NCBI GenBank assembly: GCA_001856825.1
Contig: ATMD01000003.1
Coordinates: 91,796-155,795, forward strand
Reading direction: 5' to 3'
Source: Thermoplasmatales archaeon I-plasma
GTDB lineage: Archaea; Thermoplasmatota; Thermoplasmata; Thermoplasmatales; GCA-001856825
DNA: 64,000 nucleotides
A model generated the notes under the pieces. That model did no database searches, was not told where the DNA came from, and saw nothing but the letters and a program-made list of their open reading frames with translations. Below, one piece after another: positions 16,850 to 27,129 of this stretch (position 1 is the first letter of the stretch; each line of letters opens with the position of its first letter). The position numbers and the translations under genes were made by a program.

Positions 16850-18940
16850 ATGGCATCATATCTGCTAAACTGGGAACTATTCATACTAGCAACAGCACTG
16901 GTGGGTCTTGCATATGCAGGGATTCAGAGTTTCCTACTCCTGAGGATACCTGTCAGTGAGGAAAAACCAGAAAAGATTTCGTTATCCATACGCAAAGGTG
17001 CAAACGCATTCATGAGGAGGCAATATACCAATGTATTCATATTTGCTGCGATACTTGCGGTCATAATCTTTTTTGCCTTCTACGCATCTTCCGGAATATC
17101 AGAGGCGTGGAAACTCACTGTTGGTTTCCTTGTCGGAGCCACTGGGTCTGCAGTAGCCGGACTTATTGGGATGAGTATTTCTGTCAGGGCAAATGTGAGG
17201 ACTGCAATTGAGGCTAAGAAGGGACTTAACCCTGCTTTGAAACTTGCATTCAGGGGAGGGACAGTCACTGGGCTAATGGTCGCTTCGCTAGCACTCTTGG
17301 GACTTGTTGTATTCTATATGTGGTTTGGAAATCCAACTCCGATGGTAGGTTATATTTTTGGAGCTTCCCTGGTTAGCCTGTTCGCAAGGGTAGGTGGCGG
17401 AATTTATACAAAGGGGGCGGATGTTGGGGCTGATCTTGTCGGTAAGGTGGAGGCTGGAATACCCGAGGATGACCCAAGAAACCCGGCAGTCATAGCAGAC
17501 AATGTTGGAGACAATGTTGGGGATTGCGCTGGGATGGGAGCTGATTTGTTTGAGACGTATGTTGTGACTGCATTATCAGCCATGCTCCTTGCTTATTTGA
17601 TTTACTCATCCCCTCTAGGCTCAAAGTATCTTACACAGAGTGGAATTATCCTTCCCTTAGCGATAGGTGGAGTTGCAATCCTTGCCACAATCGTTGGATC
17701 ATTCTTCGTGAAGAAGGGTGAGAAACAGAGAATAATGACTGCGCTTTACAAAGGGCTAATTGTAACAGTAATTCTGTCTGCAATAGGTTTCTATTTCGTT
17801 GACTATTACCTCATGAAGGGTAATCTGGCAATCTATTTTGATGCAATCATAGGTATCATCATCATGGGAGTGATAGTTTACGTTACAGAATACTACACGT
17901 CTGAAAGATTTTCACCCGTAGCAAAGATTGCCAAATCATCTGTTACAGGTACCGGTACAAACATCATTACCGGATTGGCATATGGACTTCAAGCAGTATT
18001 CATTCCTGCCATAGTCATAGTGGCAGGGATAGTAATATCGTTCTTTATAACCTATTCATCTTATGGTGGGGATTCCCAGATGGGCCTTTACGGGATAGCC
18101 ATCGCAGCTGCAAGTATGCTATCTGCGACTGGAATGATCATTTCCATCGATTCATACGGTCCCATAACGGACAATGCAGGCGGTATTGCAGAAATGTCAG
18201 GTTTTGACGAGAAGACGAGGAAGGAAGTCACAGATCCTTTGGATGCAGTCGGAAATACAACGAAGGCAGTTACCAAGGGATATGCAATCGGCAGTGCAGC
18301 CCTTGCTGCCCTAACGTTATTCGCTGCCTTCAAGACTCTGATCTCAACTCTTCCACAATTCCAGGTAATACAACTGGATGACCCGATAGTTGTTGCAGGA
18401 TTGCTGATAGGTGGGTCGCTACCCTTCTTCTTCACTTCATACCTGATGAATGCAGTCGGAAAGGCCGCATCTGCCATTGTTGAGGAAGTCAGGTCACAGT
18501 TCAAACTTAAACCAAAGATTCTTACAGGAGAAGATGAACCTGACTATGGTAAGGCGGTAGATATCGTAACGAAGGAAGCATTGAGGCAGCTTATGGTTCC
18601 CGCATTGATAGCTGTATTGACACCCATAGTTGTAGGATTTGTGCTTGGACCGCTTGCAGTGGGTGGTCTGCTCATGGGGGTCATAATATCCGGATTTCCG
18701 CTTGCAATCATGATGACGGTTGGGGGTGGCGCGTGGGACAACGCGAAGAAGTACATTGAGCAGGGGAACTACGGGGGTAAAGGGTCAGAGGCTCACAAGT
18801 CTGCTGTTGTGGGTGATACCGTAGGTGACGCTACGAAGGATACTGCTGGTCCGGCCATCAACCCGTTGGTAAAGGTAGTTAACACAATATCGATCCTTTT
18901 CGTCGGCATAATAATGTATCACTACCTCATCCATATCTAG
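16850..18940 (+). CDS. hppA: Membrane-bound H+-translocating pyrophosphatase
   Basis: GGGIYTKGADVGADLVGKVEAGIPEDDPRNPAVIADNVGDNVGDCAGMGADLFE, EYYTS, DAVGNTTKA and GDTVGD; about 16 TM segments. Confidence 0.95.
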   Translation: MASYLLNWELFILATALVGLAYAGIQSFLLLRIPVSEEKPEKISLSIRKGANAFMRRQYTNVFIFAAILAVIIFFAFYASSGISEAWKLTVGFLVGATGSAVAGLIGMSISVRANVRTAIEAKKGLNPALKLAFRGGTVTGLMVASLALLGLVVFYMWFGNPTPMVGYIFGASLVSLFARVGGGIYTKGADVGADLVGKVEAGIPEDDPRNPAVIADNVGDNVGDCAGMGADLFETYVVTALSAMLLAYLIYSSPLGSKYLTQSGIILPLAIGGVAILATIVGSFFVKKGEKQRIMTALYKGLIVTVILSAIGFYFVDYYLMKGNLAIYFDAIIGIIIMGVIVYVTEYYTSERFSPVAKIAKSSVTGTGTNIITGLAYGLQAVFIPAIVIVAGIVISFFITYSSYGGDSQMGLYGIAIAAASMLSATGMIISIDSYGPITDNAGGIAEMSGFDEKTRKEVTDPLDAVGNTTKAVTKGYAIGSAALAALTLFAAFKTLISTLPQFQVIQLDDPIVVAGLLIGGSLPFFFTSYLMNAVGKAASAIVEEVRSQFKLKPKILTGEDEPDYGKAVDIVTKEALRQLMVPALIAVLTPIVVGFVLGPLAVGGLLMGVIISGFPLAIMMTVGGGAWDNAKKYIEQGNYGGKGSEAHKSAVVGDTVGDATKDTAGPAINPLVKVVNTISILFVGIIMYHYLIHI

Positions 18941-20004
18941 AAATCTTTCAATTTTTTTATTATTTTAATTAATTTGACGTTTTCCTCAGTATCATGCACT
19001 CTTATAATGTCAGCTCCATTCATTATTGCGATTGAATTGAAGATGAGGGAAGAGGTGTCGCGCTCATCAACACTTTCATCCAGAAGTTTTCCTATGAAAT
19101 TCTTCCTTGAAAGTCCAATCAGTAACGGTGGACCGATCTTGAAATCACGAATGTTCTTAATGATCGATAGGTTATCCTCCACCCTTTTCCCAAATCCAAT
19201 GCCCGGATCAAGGATAATGTTATCTTCCACTCCTGCTTTCTGTGCTTCCTTAATCTTCCTGAGAAAGAACGATGATACTTCATTGACCACGTTTTCATAC
19301 GACGGTGAGTCCTGCATTGTCTTAAAATCCCCCTTCTTGTGCATTATTACCAAGGGGACATCGTAACGCTTCACGAGCTTCCATATTTCCATGTTTTGAG
19401 AACCGCTAACATCGTTTACTATGTGTGTCCCCATTTCCAGACATTCCTCCTGAATTTTAGGTTGATATGAATCTACCGAAACAGTGAATCCTCTATTGAG
19501 AGAGATTTCAACCGCTTTGGAGATTCTCTTCATTTCCTCCCGCACAGAGACCCTTTCGCTGCCAGGTCTAGTGCTCTGCCCCCCGATATCAACAATGCTG
19601 CCACCTGCCTTCGCAATTTCATCCAGTCTTTCATTCACCTCGTCTTCGGTCAATCTGCTACCTGGATAGAAGGAATCAGGTGTCATGTTAAGTACTGTCA
19701 TTACGCTTGGGAATTCTATTGCATTTAGCTTTCCCCGAATTCTTACAGAAGGCTGAGACATCCAGAAATCATCCTTCAAGGGGGAATCCAGTCCTTTCAA
19801 AATTCCATTAATGTCACTGTAATTTAAGGCGTAAATATTGTGATCCCCCGCACTCCATTTCCTATGCTTGATATCAAGTGTTTTTTTGGTGACAAGGAAG
19901 GCCTGGAAATCGATCAATTCAGAAATGGGAATGTTGTATTCCCGTGATACTGAGATAGCACTGAACCTGAAGATACTGTCATTCCATTGTCGTGAACTGT
20001 GCAT
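18937..20004 (-). CDS. folP: Dihydropteroate synthase with ~80-aa N-terminal extension
   Basis: VLNMTPDSFYPGS, DIGGQSTRPG, VSVDSY, IVNDVSG and LDPGIGFGK. An alternative start at 19761 (MSQPSV) would give a canonical-length protein. Confidence 0.85.
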   Translation of the reverse strand: MHSSRQWNDSIFRFSAISVSREYNIPISELIDFQAFLVTKKTLDIKHRKWSAGDHNIYALNYSDINGILKGLDSPLKDDFWMSQPSVRIRGKLNAIEFPSVMTVLNMTPDSFYPGSRLTEDEVNERLDEIAKAGGSIVDIGGQSTRPGSERVSVREEMKRISKAVEISLNRGFTVSVDSYQPKIQEECLEMGTHIVNDVSGSQNMEIWKLVKRYDVPLVIMHKKGDFKTMQDSPSYENVVNEVSSFFLRKIKEAQKAGVEDNIILDPGIGFGKRVEDNLSIIKNIRDFKIGPPLLIGLSRKNFIGKLLDESVDERDTSSLIFNSIAIMNGADIIRVHDTEENVKLIKIIKKLKDF

Positions 20005-20275
20005 GCGCTACCCCTTGTATGTATATTACGTTCTCCCTTGAAATGTATCCTGCCTCTATTGCTATACCTACGGTCCTATTCCCTACTAAATTTGCTACAG
20101 AACACATTGACAATAAGTCTCTCAGGGCAGAATCCTCAACAAGAATTTCCTTGTAGAAGTTGACAGAGACGTTTAGCTTAAACTTCCCCTCTTTTAGTTC
20201 CCTACCAATTAATTCCTCATCTGCTGCTGCAAGAAGGGTGTCAGTTGGTGTCCTGAAGACTCTTGTCCATATCAA
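19979..20275 (-). CDS. DUF424-family archaeal protein
   Basis: 98 aa. LLAAADEELIGRELKEGKFKLNVSVNFYKE...VANLVGNRTVGIAIEAGYI...IQGVAHAQ fits the DUF424 pattern. Confidence 0.5.
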   Translation of the reverse strand: MIWTRVFRTPTDTLLAAADEELIGRELKEGKFKLNVSVNFYKEILVEDSALRDLLSMCSVANLVGNRTVGIAIEAGYISRENVIYIQGVAHAQFTTME

Positions 20276-20301
20276 GTGTATCTTACCTCATCGATCCCCA
20301 T

Positions 20302-22405
20302 TTAACCGACAATGCGGAAAGACTGGTCATTATTTCCTTTTATTATGGTTCCTTTTTTATTCATCATTTCAAGCGTTCGCTCGACCTGGCTTTGGTCCAC
20401 CCCAGCACTCCTAGCTTCCTCTATGATATCCTTGAGTGAGGCCCACCTGTTTGGGCTCGCCTCCATCAGTCTCCTAATGATATCGGTCAGGGAGAATGCT
20501 GCCTTCCGATCCTTTTGGGCAAATCCTGTGAGGATAATATCCACGTCCGGAATACCGTTCACAACAGTTGTCTGGTTCAGGAAAGATTCCATGAGCCTTT
20601 CTGCTCTTTCAACATCCTGTTCATCGACCCTATCTGAGAGCCTTACCCTTGCTGAGGCTTCTGATAATCTCACTAATGCTTCTAATTGTCGTGGGGTAAT
20701 GGAGACTGTACCCTGCTTTGATGTTGATGCCCTCCTGTCGACATAGAACTTCTTAATCATGTCGCTGGCCTTAGGTGACATAAGAGGGAAGCATGTTTTC
20801 CTAGCATAGATTATGTATTTCTTCAGGAAGTCGTGTTCAAAAACTGGATATACCTGCGCCTTTTCTCCTCCACGTCCACTTGCTATACTTTCTCCTGCTC
20901 TGTGAACTTTGAGTATGTAATCTGCCATATCGTTGTCAACCTTTCCTGGCCTATCAACAATGACGAATATCAGGTCAAATCTTGAAAGCAATGTGGCAGG
21001 AAATTCTGTTTGAGCAGGGAAAGGCTCATTTTCGTCATACCTGCCGAATTTAGGATTTGCGGCGCCGAGGACAGCGCATCTGGACATAAGAGTTGCATTG
21101 ATTCCAGCCTTGGAAATTGAGACGGTCTGCTGTTCCATCGCCTGATGCATTGCACCGCTGTCTTCCTTGTCCATCTTGTCGAGTTCATCAACAGCTGCAA
21201 GTCCACCGTCTGCAAGTACCAGTGTGCCTGGCCTCTAAAGTCCATCTACCTTCAGACATCTCGTCTTTTACCGCAGCCGCAGTTAGGCCTGCAGCCGAGC
21301 TGCCCTTTCCTGACGTATAAACCGATTTAGGCGCAATGTTTGCAGCGTAGGTCAGGATCTGGCTCTTTGCAACGCCGGGGTCACCGAACAGAAGGACGTG
21401 AATGTCCCCCCTTATGTAAGTTCCATCCTCAAATGCTTTCCTTTCGCCTCCAAATAATTGGAGTATTACGGCCTCCTTCACCATCTCGTTTCCGAAAACG
21501 GCGGGTGCTATGCTGCCTACAAGTTTATTGTATATTTCTGGGTCCTTCGCAGCCTTCTTAATCTTTTTTATGTCTTCATCGTCAAGCATTACTTCGTCAT
21601 ACTCTGAGGACTCCCTCTCTACGTACATTGCATCAAGGTAAATGTCAAACTGTCTCGACATACTCTGATTCATCTGTGATTTTTGTTTTCCCTTTAATAT
21701 CCCATTTATTGATACCCTGTCCCCCGGGTTGTTCTTGCCGCACAGTTCGTCTTCTAGATGGACAATAAGTCGTGCAGGCTGAGCTGCGCCTCTAAGAAAT
21801 TCTGGCTTCTCTTCTATTGTAATAATTTGCGTATCGTAGTATGTTGACCTTTCAGGTATAAACTTGAATTTTACCTCATCTTTTGGCTTTCCGCACTTGC
21901 TGCAGTTGAAAGGCTCCATTATCCTGTTTCCGGTTTGTGGATAAAGGTTAATCTCTCTGCAATAGCTGCACTGAAATGCAGCACTTACGATAGTCGGTAC
22001 AACTTCTGAAACCCTCTTGACGACGCCGTCAACCTGCAAAAAGGTGTTGAGGTCATCGCTTCTTAATTCCCTTATATTCCTCTTTATATCTGGAAGTTTT
22101 GAAGAGATTGAGATTCTTACCCTTGCATCCTTCCTAGACATGAAGTCCTCTGAGAGAAGACCCTCTCTCTTGCCATCTTCACCTCTTCCGTATAGGACAT
22201 CTTTCAGGAGACTCAGATACTCCTCAGGATATCTTAGAAATAGCAGTGCAAAATTCATGTCAATTTTATCCATCTCTTCATAGCTTATTGTCAACGTTTT
22301 ATCCTTGGAATCGCTTGAATTTATTCTTGATATATCCTCGCTTTTTGATTCTAATAGCTTGTTCCAGAAGCTTCTGACCTCCTCATCCCTAAAATATTCT
22401 CTCAT
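20302..22405 (-). CDS. mcm: MCM replicative helicase, reading frame broken by one extra base near 21227-21232
   Basis: N-terminal ORF 21188-22405 has the C4 zinc finger (CSYC...CSKC) and Walker A GDPGVAKSQ. C-terminal ORF 20302-21174 has MEQQTVSISKAGI, SRFDLIF and a wHTH. Removing one base gives WTLEAGTLVLADGGLAAVDELDKMDKED (Walker B). Confidence 0.9.
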
Positions 22406-22524
22406 CCTCCTTCCATCCTCCTTGAAAATATAAAGATTCTGTGGTAATGTAATTCGTGCTTATTCATGTAGTCTTCTTATTTGGTCTATTTCCCAAGTTG
22501 AATCTTTTTCTAATCTTGTATCGA

Positions 22525-23043
22525 TTAGAATTGCTGCACTGGCCTATTTTTTGGTTTGAGAACTGCCCCAATTATTGCTATTATTATACCTGCTATTGCT
22601 AGGAAGACGCCGATCAAAACCAGGAGACCAGTTAATATAAGGTGACCGAGACCCCCCGAAACTACCGCATAATCAACGGAGGGGGCAGACGAACCGAACG
22701 TCACAATGTAGTAACTACCAGGGATGTTCGAGTATGTTGATGTGTTTCCGGCAGAAGAGGAAGGCACGACCGCATAACCAGCAACGGTTGTTTGTGTTGT
22801 TGTTCCAAGGTCCTCTGATGGAATCAGATATGCTTTCTGATTTGCGACGACAATTACCTCTTCTCCTGATGATACGTTCAGTAGCTGAGAATGATATCCT
22901 CCATTTGAGTCTGAGAACATTGTAGTGCTTGCACCTGATATCGAACCGGACGCAGAATGTGCCGCCTCAACTGCAGATGCACCTGCCATTACAATGCCTA
23001 CGACAAGCAATATGAGGCCAATTATCAGGATATTCTTTCTCAT
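22525..23043 (-). CDS. Membrane protein (N- and C-terminal TM, Ser/Thr-rich ectodomain), hypothetical
   Basis: 172 aa. TM segments LIIGLILLVVGIVMAG and LILTGLLVLIGVFLAIAGIIIAIIGAV. Confidence 0.5.
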   Translation of the reverse strand: MRKNILIIGLILLVVGIVMAGASAVEAAHSASGSISGASTTMFSDSNGGYHSQLLNVSSGEEVIVVANQKAYLIPSEDLGTTTQTTVAGYAVVPSSSAGNTSTYSNIPGSYYIVTFGSSAPSVDYAVVSGGLGHLILTGLLVLIGVFLAIAGIIIAIIGAVLKPKNRPVQQF

Positions 23044-23203
23044 AAACCCCTGAGATTAGGAGCGTATAATTATTTTTCTTAGATTGTGCAATATAAAGGC
23101 AGTCTAAAAGTTACCAGTGAGTGTGCTGTAACTCCATTCTGTGCATAGGACTGGATATCTTGCAAAGATTTAATTAAATGACGACAATTCACGGTGAGGT
23201 CAA

Positions 23204-23276
23204 GCAGGTGTTGTGTAGCCTGGTAGCACAAAGGCCTTCCAAGCCTTTAGCCCGGGTTCAAATCCCGGCACCTGCA
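23204..23276 (+). tRNA. tRNA-Gly (UCC)
   Basis: Hand-folded: acceptor GCAGGUG/CACCUGC plus A73. Anticodon arm AAGGC-CUUCCAA-GCCUU. T arm CCGGG-UUCAAAU-CCCGG. 73 nt, no CCA. Confidence 0.8.
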
Positions 23277-23832
23277 TCAAGGAAAATAGTTATTGGTTTG
23301 ATATCAATTTATAAGATACTCTTAAGATTCGACAATTGACTCGCAAAAAATTTCCGTAGGATTGCACAACTAGCAGTCCACATTTCACGATAGGTCTGAC
23401 AATTTATTTAATATCAGTTTTCTTAAGCTTGTTTAATTTTCCAAGGAAGGTTGGAGGAAATTTCAGGGTATTTGGCGTCGATCATCAGAGTGTACCTTCA
23501 ATTTTTAAAGGGTCATAGAAACGAATCTCATAAATAAACATCTTTATGAATTACTCTGGCACATTCCCTCTCTGAGCGTTTGGGAAAGGTCTCCCTTTTT
23601 AACTTACTGATTTTTTGAATGAATCAAGGATTAAAGGTGGAATTTCAATGCTGATTAGAAATGACAATTCCCGATATCATATAAAAGGCCTATTTTTAGC
23701 CCTCTGACTATTTGGTTTGAGTTGACTACTTTAGTCATTTCATTTGAAAGTATTAAGAATTGAGAATCGCTTCCGTTAATTAGACGCAATTGATTACAAT
23801 CTTTTAGTATAGCACTGCTGCTCCCTTCAAAA

Positions 23833-25065
23833 TTGCAACAAGACTTATTTATGTTTAGCTCATCCCACCGGGTGGAAAGGGGCAGACCGAAATTTGATAC
23901 TAGATTTAGATTTCTCGTTGTAAATGCCGGTATCTCAAGGTTCGGTCTTTCTTCATTTAATCTTATAATTATATGGGTCATTCTTTTCGAAACTAAAAAC
24001 GCGTTACTGGCAGGATTAGGGGACGGCATTATTTCCCTTCCCCTTTTCTTCAGTTTCATTATAGGAGCCCTAATTGACAATACTAAAAATAAGAGGCTAA
24101 TAGCGATTTTAGTAAGTATCCTTAGAGCTGTTTTCCTTGTCTTAGTCTTATACGGGTTTTACATTCAGTCCCTCTCTATAATCCTAATTTCAATTTACGC
24201 AAGTGGCTTTGTGCTTGGACTTACCTCTGACGTGATTAACTCAGTGAGGGCTACTTGGACAAAAGAAATGTTGACTCAAGATCAGTACAAATCAGGGTCT
24301 GCTCTTTCATCAATGGCTACTTACATTGCAGAAGCCGCAGGGTACCTGCTCTCTGGCGTAATTCTTCTCCTTGGCTTTTATCGTTCCTTTGAAATTCTTA
24401 TTGCAGTATTCGCAGTAGCATTGCTCCCTTTGCTTTTTATCTCAACGGACTTCAAACCAGAAGAGAGGAGTGCTCTTCAATCTATAAAAGAAGGTATTTC
24501 ATTCATAAGGAAGCAGAAGGAAATAGTGCAACTGATGATCATTGTCCTAGTTCTCAATATCACATTTGGAATGATAGGTATCATATTCATTTCGCTAGTT
24601 CAGCTTAAATTCCATCTCCCTTCTATTTATGCCAGCATCGCTTTCTCCATGTTTATTTTTGGTCTCATCATAGGATCAGGCTTTGGTTCAAAGGTAAAGG
24701 GGAAGCTTGGAAGAATTTCAATGGTGATTTTTTTTATCACCGGAGTTTCCTTAGCCTCTATTGCCTTCATAAATTCAATCTTTATAATCTTCATACCTGC
24801 GATAATCATAGGTGTATTAATCGGAATAGCGAATGTACTTTACAATTCATCTATGCTTCATTTAGTCAATCAGGAATTCATGGCACGAATATCCGGTGCA
24901 TTTAGCACTTTCAGCGTGGCAGCTACTTTCTCTTCTGGAATGCTCGGCGGTGCCTTAATTCAGCTCACTTCAGTTTCAGAATCTTTCTTAATAGTAGGTA
25001 TGTTTGTCATAGCATCTGTTGGACTTTGGCCAATCTTCAGGGAAATTTACAGTATTGTAGTATGA
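23833..25065 (+). CDS. MFS transporter
   Basis: 410 aa with about 12 TM. The start is uncertain; the MFSSSH start at 23851 is possible. Confidence 0.7.
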   Translation: MQQDLFMFSSSHRVERGRPKFDTRFRFLVVNAGISRFGLSSFNLIIIWVILFETKNALLAGLGDGIISLPLFFSFIIGALIDNTKNKRLIAILVSILRAVFLVLVLYGFYIQSLSIILISIYASGFVLGLTSDVINSVRATWTKEMLTQDQYKSGSALSSMATYIAEAAGYLLSGVILLLGFYRSFEILIAVFAVALLPLLFISTDFKPEERSALQSIKEGISFIRKQKEIVQLMIIVLVLNITFGMIGIIFISLVQLKFHLPSIYASIAFSMFIFGLIIGSGFGSKVKGKLGRISMVIFFITGVSLASIAFINSIFIIFIPAIIIGVLIGIANVLYNSSMLHLVNQEFMARISGAFSTFSVAATFSSGMLGGALIQLTSVSESFLIVGMFVIASVGLWPIFREIYSIVV

Positions 25066-25154
25066 TTAAACCCAGATTTATTCTCTGTGACTAGAATTCT
25101 TTGATTATAGTATCTTTTTACTTATCCAGCATGAATGTAAGTTAGTAAAGTGAA

Positions 25155-25637
25155 CTAAATGATGTCAATATCTTTAGACATCACCATATCTGTGATCCTG
25201 TACCCTGCACTTTTGTAAAGGTTGGTCGCAATCTGGTTGTGCCCGAAAACGTGCAGTGACACTTTACTCTGTCCATTCATCCTTAGAAAGCTGTCCAGAG
25301 CAGTAAGAGTATCTCTTCCGAATCCCTTTCCTCTCTCGTTTCCGTCGATAAGGAAGTCCCAAATCCAAGCTCAATCCGTTATTCCATCGGGATTGTTCAG
25401 TTCAATCCATATCATTCCTACATTTCTTCTGGTATTTCCGTCTTCTAAATTGAAGAGATAGTGACCTTTAGTGCTGATTCCCTCCGGTAGATGGTTTTTG
25501 AACTCTTTGTACGACAGTTCCATTGAATCTTCCTTCCTCCAGGTGCCTGCATCAACCTTCTCTTTTGCATATTTCTCTACTGCAAGCTTAAGATATTCGT
25601 TTAACTCCTCTCCATTCATAGATACTAGATTTATCAT
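25155..25637 (-). pseudogene. GNAT-family N-acetyltransferase interrupted by an in-frame TGA at 25371-25373
   Basis: The 88-aa ORF ends ...WIELNNPDGITD*. The same frame continues AWIWDFLIDGNERGKGFGRDTLTALDSFLRMNGQSKVSLHVFGHNQIATNLYKSAGYRI (acetyl-CoA-binding R/Q-x-x-G-x-G motif) to a TAG at 25155. Confidence 0.7.
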
Positions 25638-25721
25638 TGGTTTTTCAGATTCCTCCTCCTTAATTATCTTTCTGTTTTGCTTTTTTTTGACTTATCCCAG
25701 TGTAACGTGTGCAAATCTTGA

Positions 25722-26696
25722 TTATACCCTGTTCTTAACTAGATTAGGAATATAGGTCGCCTTTTTTATTGCGATCCTATATCCTAAAATTCCTATGACA
25801 ACCACAACAATTATCACAAGAAAGAAACCGATGCCAAGATCATGGAGGTTGTGAACCTTCAGCGGTGTAATTATGCCATAACTAAGTATCTCGGGGAATG
25901 CAAGGATCGCAGCTCCTGCGACGATAAAAGAGATACCTCCATACTGTAACACATACGTTGAAATAGTCTTACCAACAAATGCTATACCTTCCTGAGTCAG
26001 ATTTTTCATCTTGCTAAGCCATGTGCCAAATACTGTTCCGAAAATAATCTGCATTGTCATGGTACCAAGGCCGAAAAGTAGACCGGGTAGAAAGCCCAGG
26101 TAAATAGAAGGCATTGAAGGTGCTAGGACGGTATATATGATAAGTGCGAACGCTCCGAATCCGAATCCGGCCACGAATCCGTGTATCAGTGCTAGCTTAA
26201 CCGGTACAGGCTTTGTGTCTACTGAATCTTTAGCGACATATGCAGGGTTGATCTTGTGTTCTAACTCTTCCTTCTGAGTTTTGCTTTCCTTGCCATGTAT
26301 TCCAAGGAGAACACCAATCTTTTCCTCCAAGAAGTGCCAGTGGAGATACTTTCCTTTCCTTGCAATATATATGCCAGCAAGCGCCATTGCCAAACCTACA
26401 ACAATATATGTGATTCCGAAGGCTTTTGCTGTTATGAAAATCCCTGCCAACGCCAAATAACTCAATTCCGACAGTATGGCCCGCTGCGCCGTAAAACCTG
26501 AGCTGAATACTAGACCTGTCTTGGCACCACCCTTCGAACTGAATGTGCCGACAGAATACGAGAAGGTGATTGGCCACGTGTGCTCGTCTGGCGTTATGCC
26601 ATGTACGATCCCAAGAAGGTATGATATTATAAATGCGCTAATTAACGATACATTCTGTGGATTCCATAAATTGATGTACACCATTACTCCAAACAC
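25722..26696 (-). CDS. Polytopic membrane protein, putative metal-ion permease
   Basis: 324 aa with about 8 TM. HGITPDEHTWP (H-x4-D-x-H, NiCoT-like) and HGFVAGFGFG. It directly abuts the DtxR-type repressor gene, suggesting co-transcription. Confidence 0.4.
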   Translation of the reverse strand: MFGVMVYINLWNPQNVSLISAFIISYLLGIVHGITPDEHTWPITFSYSVGTFSSKGGAKTGLVFSSGFTAQRAILSELSYLALAGIFITAKAFGITYIVVGLAMALAGIYIARKGKYLHWHFLEEKIGVLLGIHGKESKTQKEELEHKINPAYVAKDSVDTKPVPVKLALIHGFVAGFGFGAFALIIYTVLAPSMPSIYLGFLPGLLFGLGTMTMQIIFGTVFGTWLSKMKNLTQEGIAFVGKTISTYVLQYGGISFIVAGAAILAFPEILSYGIITPLKVHNLHDLGIGFFLVIIVVVVIGILGYRIAIKKATYIPNLVKNRV

Positions 26697-27110
26697 CTAC
26701 TTTTCCACTATCTTGAATCCGTGAGGGCACTTATCTGGGTTTCCTAGCCTCTTTACAATCTTTATCGCGCTTATCTCGTCAAGAAGGTAGTCAAACTCAC
26801 TCACCTGTCTGCATGCCTGGTCGGGATCTACTCCGCACTCAGTCAGAAATGTTTCCATGATCCTGTGCTTCATCATCGTTTCTGAATAATACTTCCTCCC
26901 GTCCTCCGACAAAAGTAACATGCCACCGCTTTTGAATACCAATCCTTTTGAAACTAATCTGTCTGCAATCTCTTCCACCGAAGGCATACTTACCTCGAGT
27001 TGTTTTGCAAGTGCAGAAATTCGGAGCGGGAACTTACTTTCCCTTTCCTTCCCTATAAGTACTAGGGCATCTCTCTCCCGCTTTGTGATATTGTTAATTT
27101 TTACCTTCAT
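26697..27110 (-). CDS. DtxR/MntR-family metal-dependent transcriptional repressor
   Basis: 137 aa. wHTH ISALAKQLEVSMPSVEEIADRLVSKGLV, dimerisation helix HRIMETFL, C-terminal LGNPDKCPHG. Confidence 0.75.
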   Translation of the reverse strand: MKVKINNITKRERDALVLIGKERESKFPLRISALAKQLEVSMPSVEEIADRLVSKGLVFKSGGMLLLSEDGRKYYSETMMKHRIMETFLTECGVDPDQACRQVSEFDYLLDEISAIKIVKRLGNPDKCPHGFKIVEK

Positions 27111-27112
27111 TA

Positions 27113-27129
27113 GTTAGGTAAGTACTAAC
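27113..27129. promoter_or_regulatory. Inverted repeat GTTAG-N7-CTAAC (iron-box-like operator) between the TATA box and the repressor start
   Basis: GTTAGGTAAGTACTAAC lies 3 nt upstream of the ATG at 27110. TATATATA at 27133-27140 sits about 25 nt upstream, which is leaderless-promoter geometry. Confidence 0.45.

Noticed and set aside
17080-18756. Minus-strand ORFs within hppA
   Set aside because: They are shadows of an unambiguous H+-PPase frame.
23655-24080. 141-aa minus-strand ORF after tRNA-Gly
   Set aside because: Its first half is antisense to the MFS transporter N-terminus, and the rest has no recognisable features. I also looked for a duplicate of the tRNA-Gly 3' end that would mark a second integrated element and found none in 23277-23832.
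25371-25373. In-frame TGA in the GNAT gene as selenocysteine or UGA reassignment
   Set aside because: TGA terminates several well-defined genes in this window. I saw no stem-loop suggestive of a SECIS element, and the position is not a redox-active site in GNATs.
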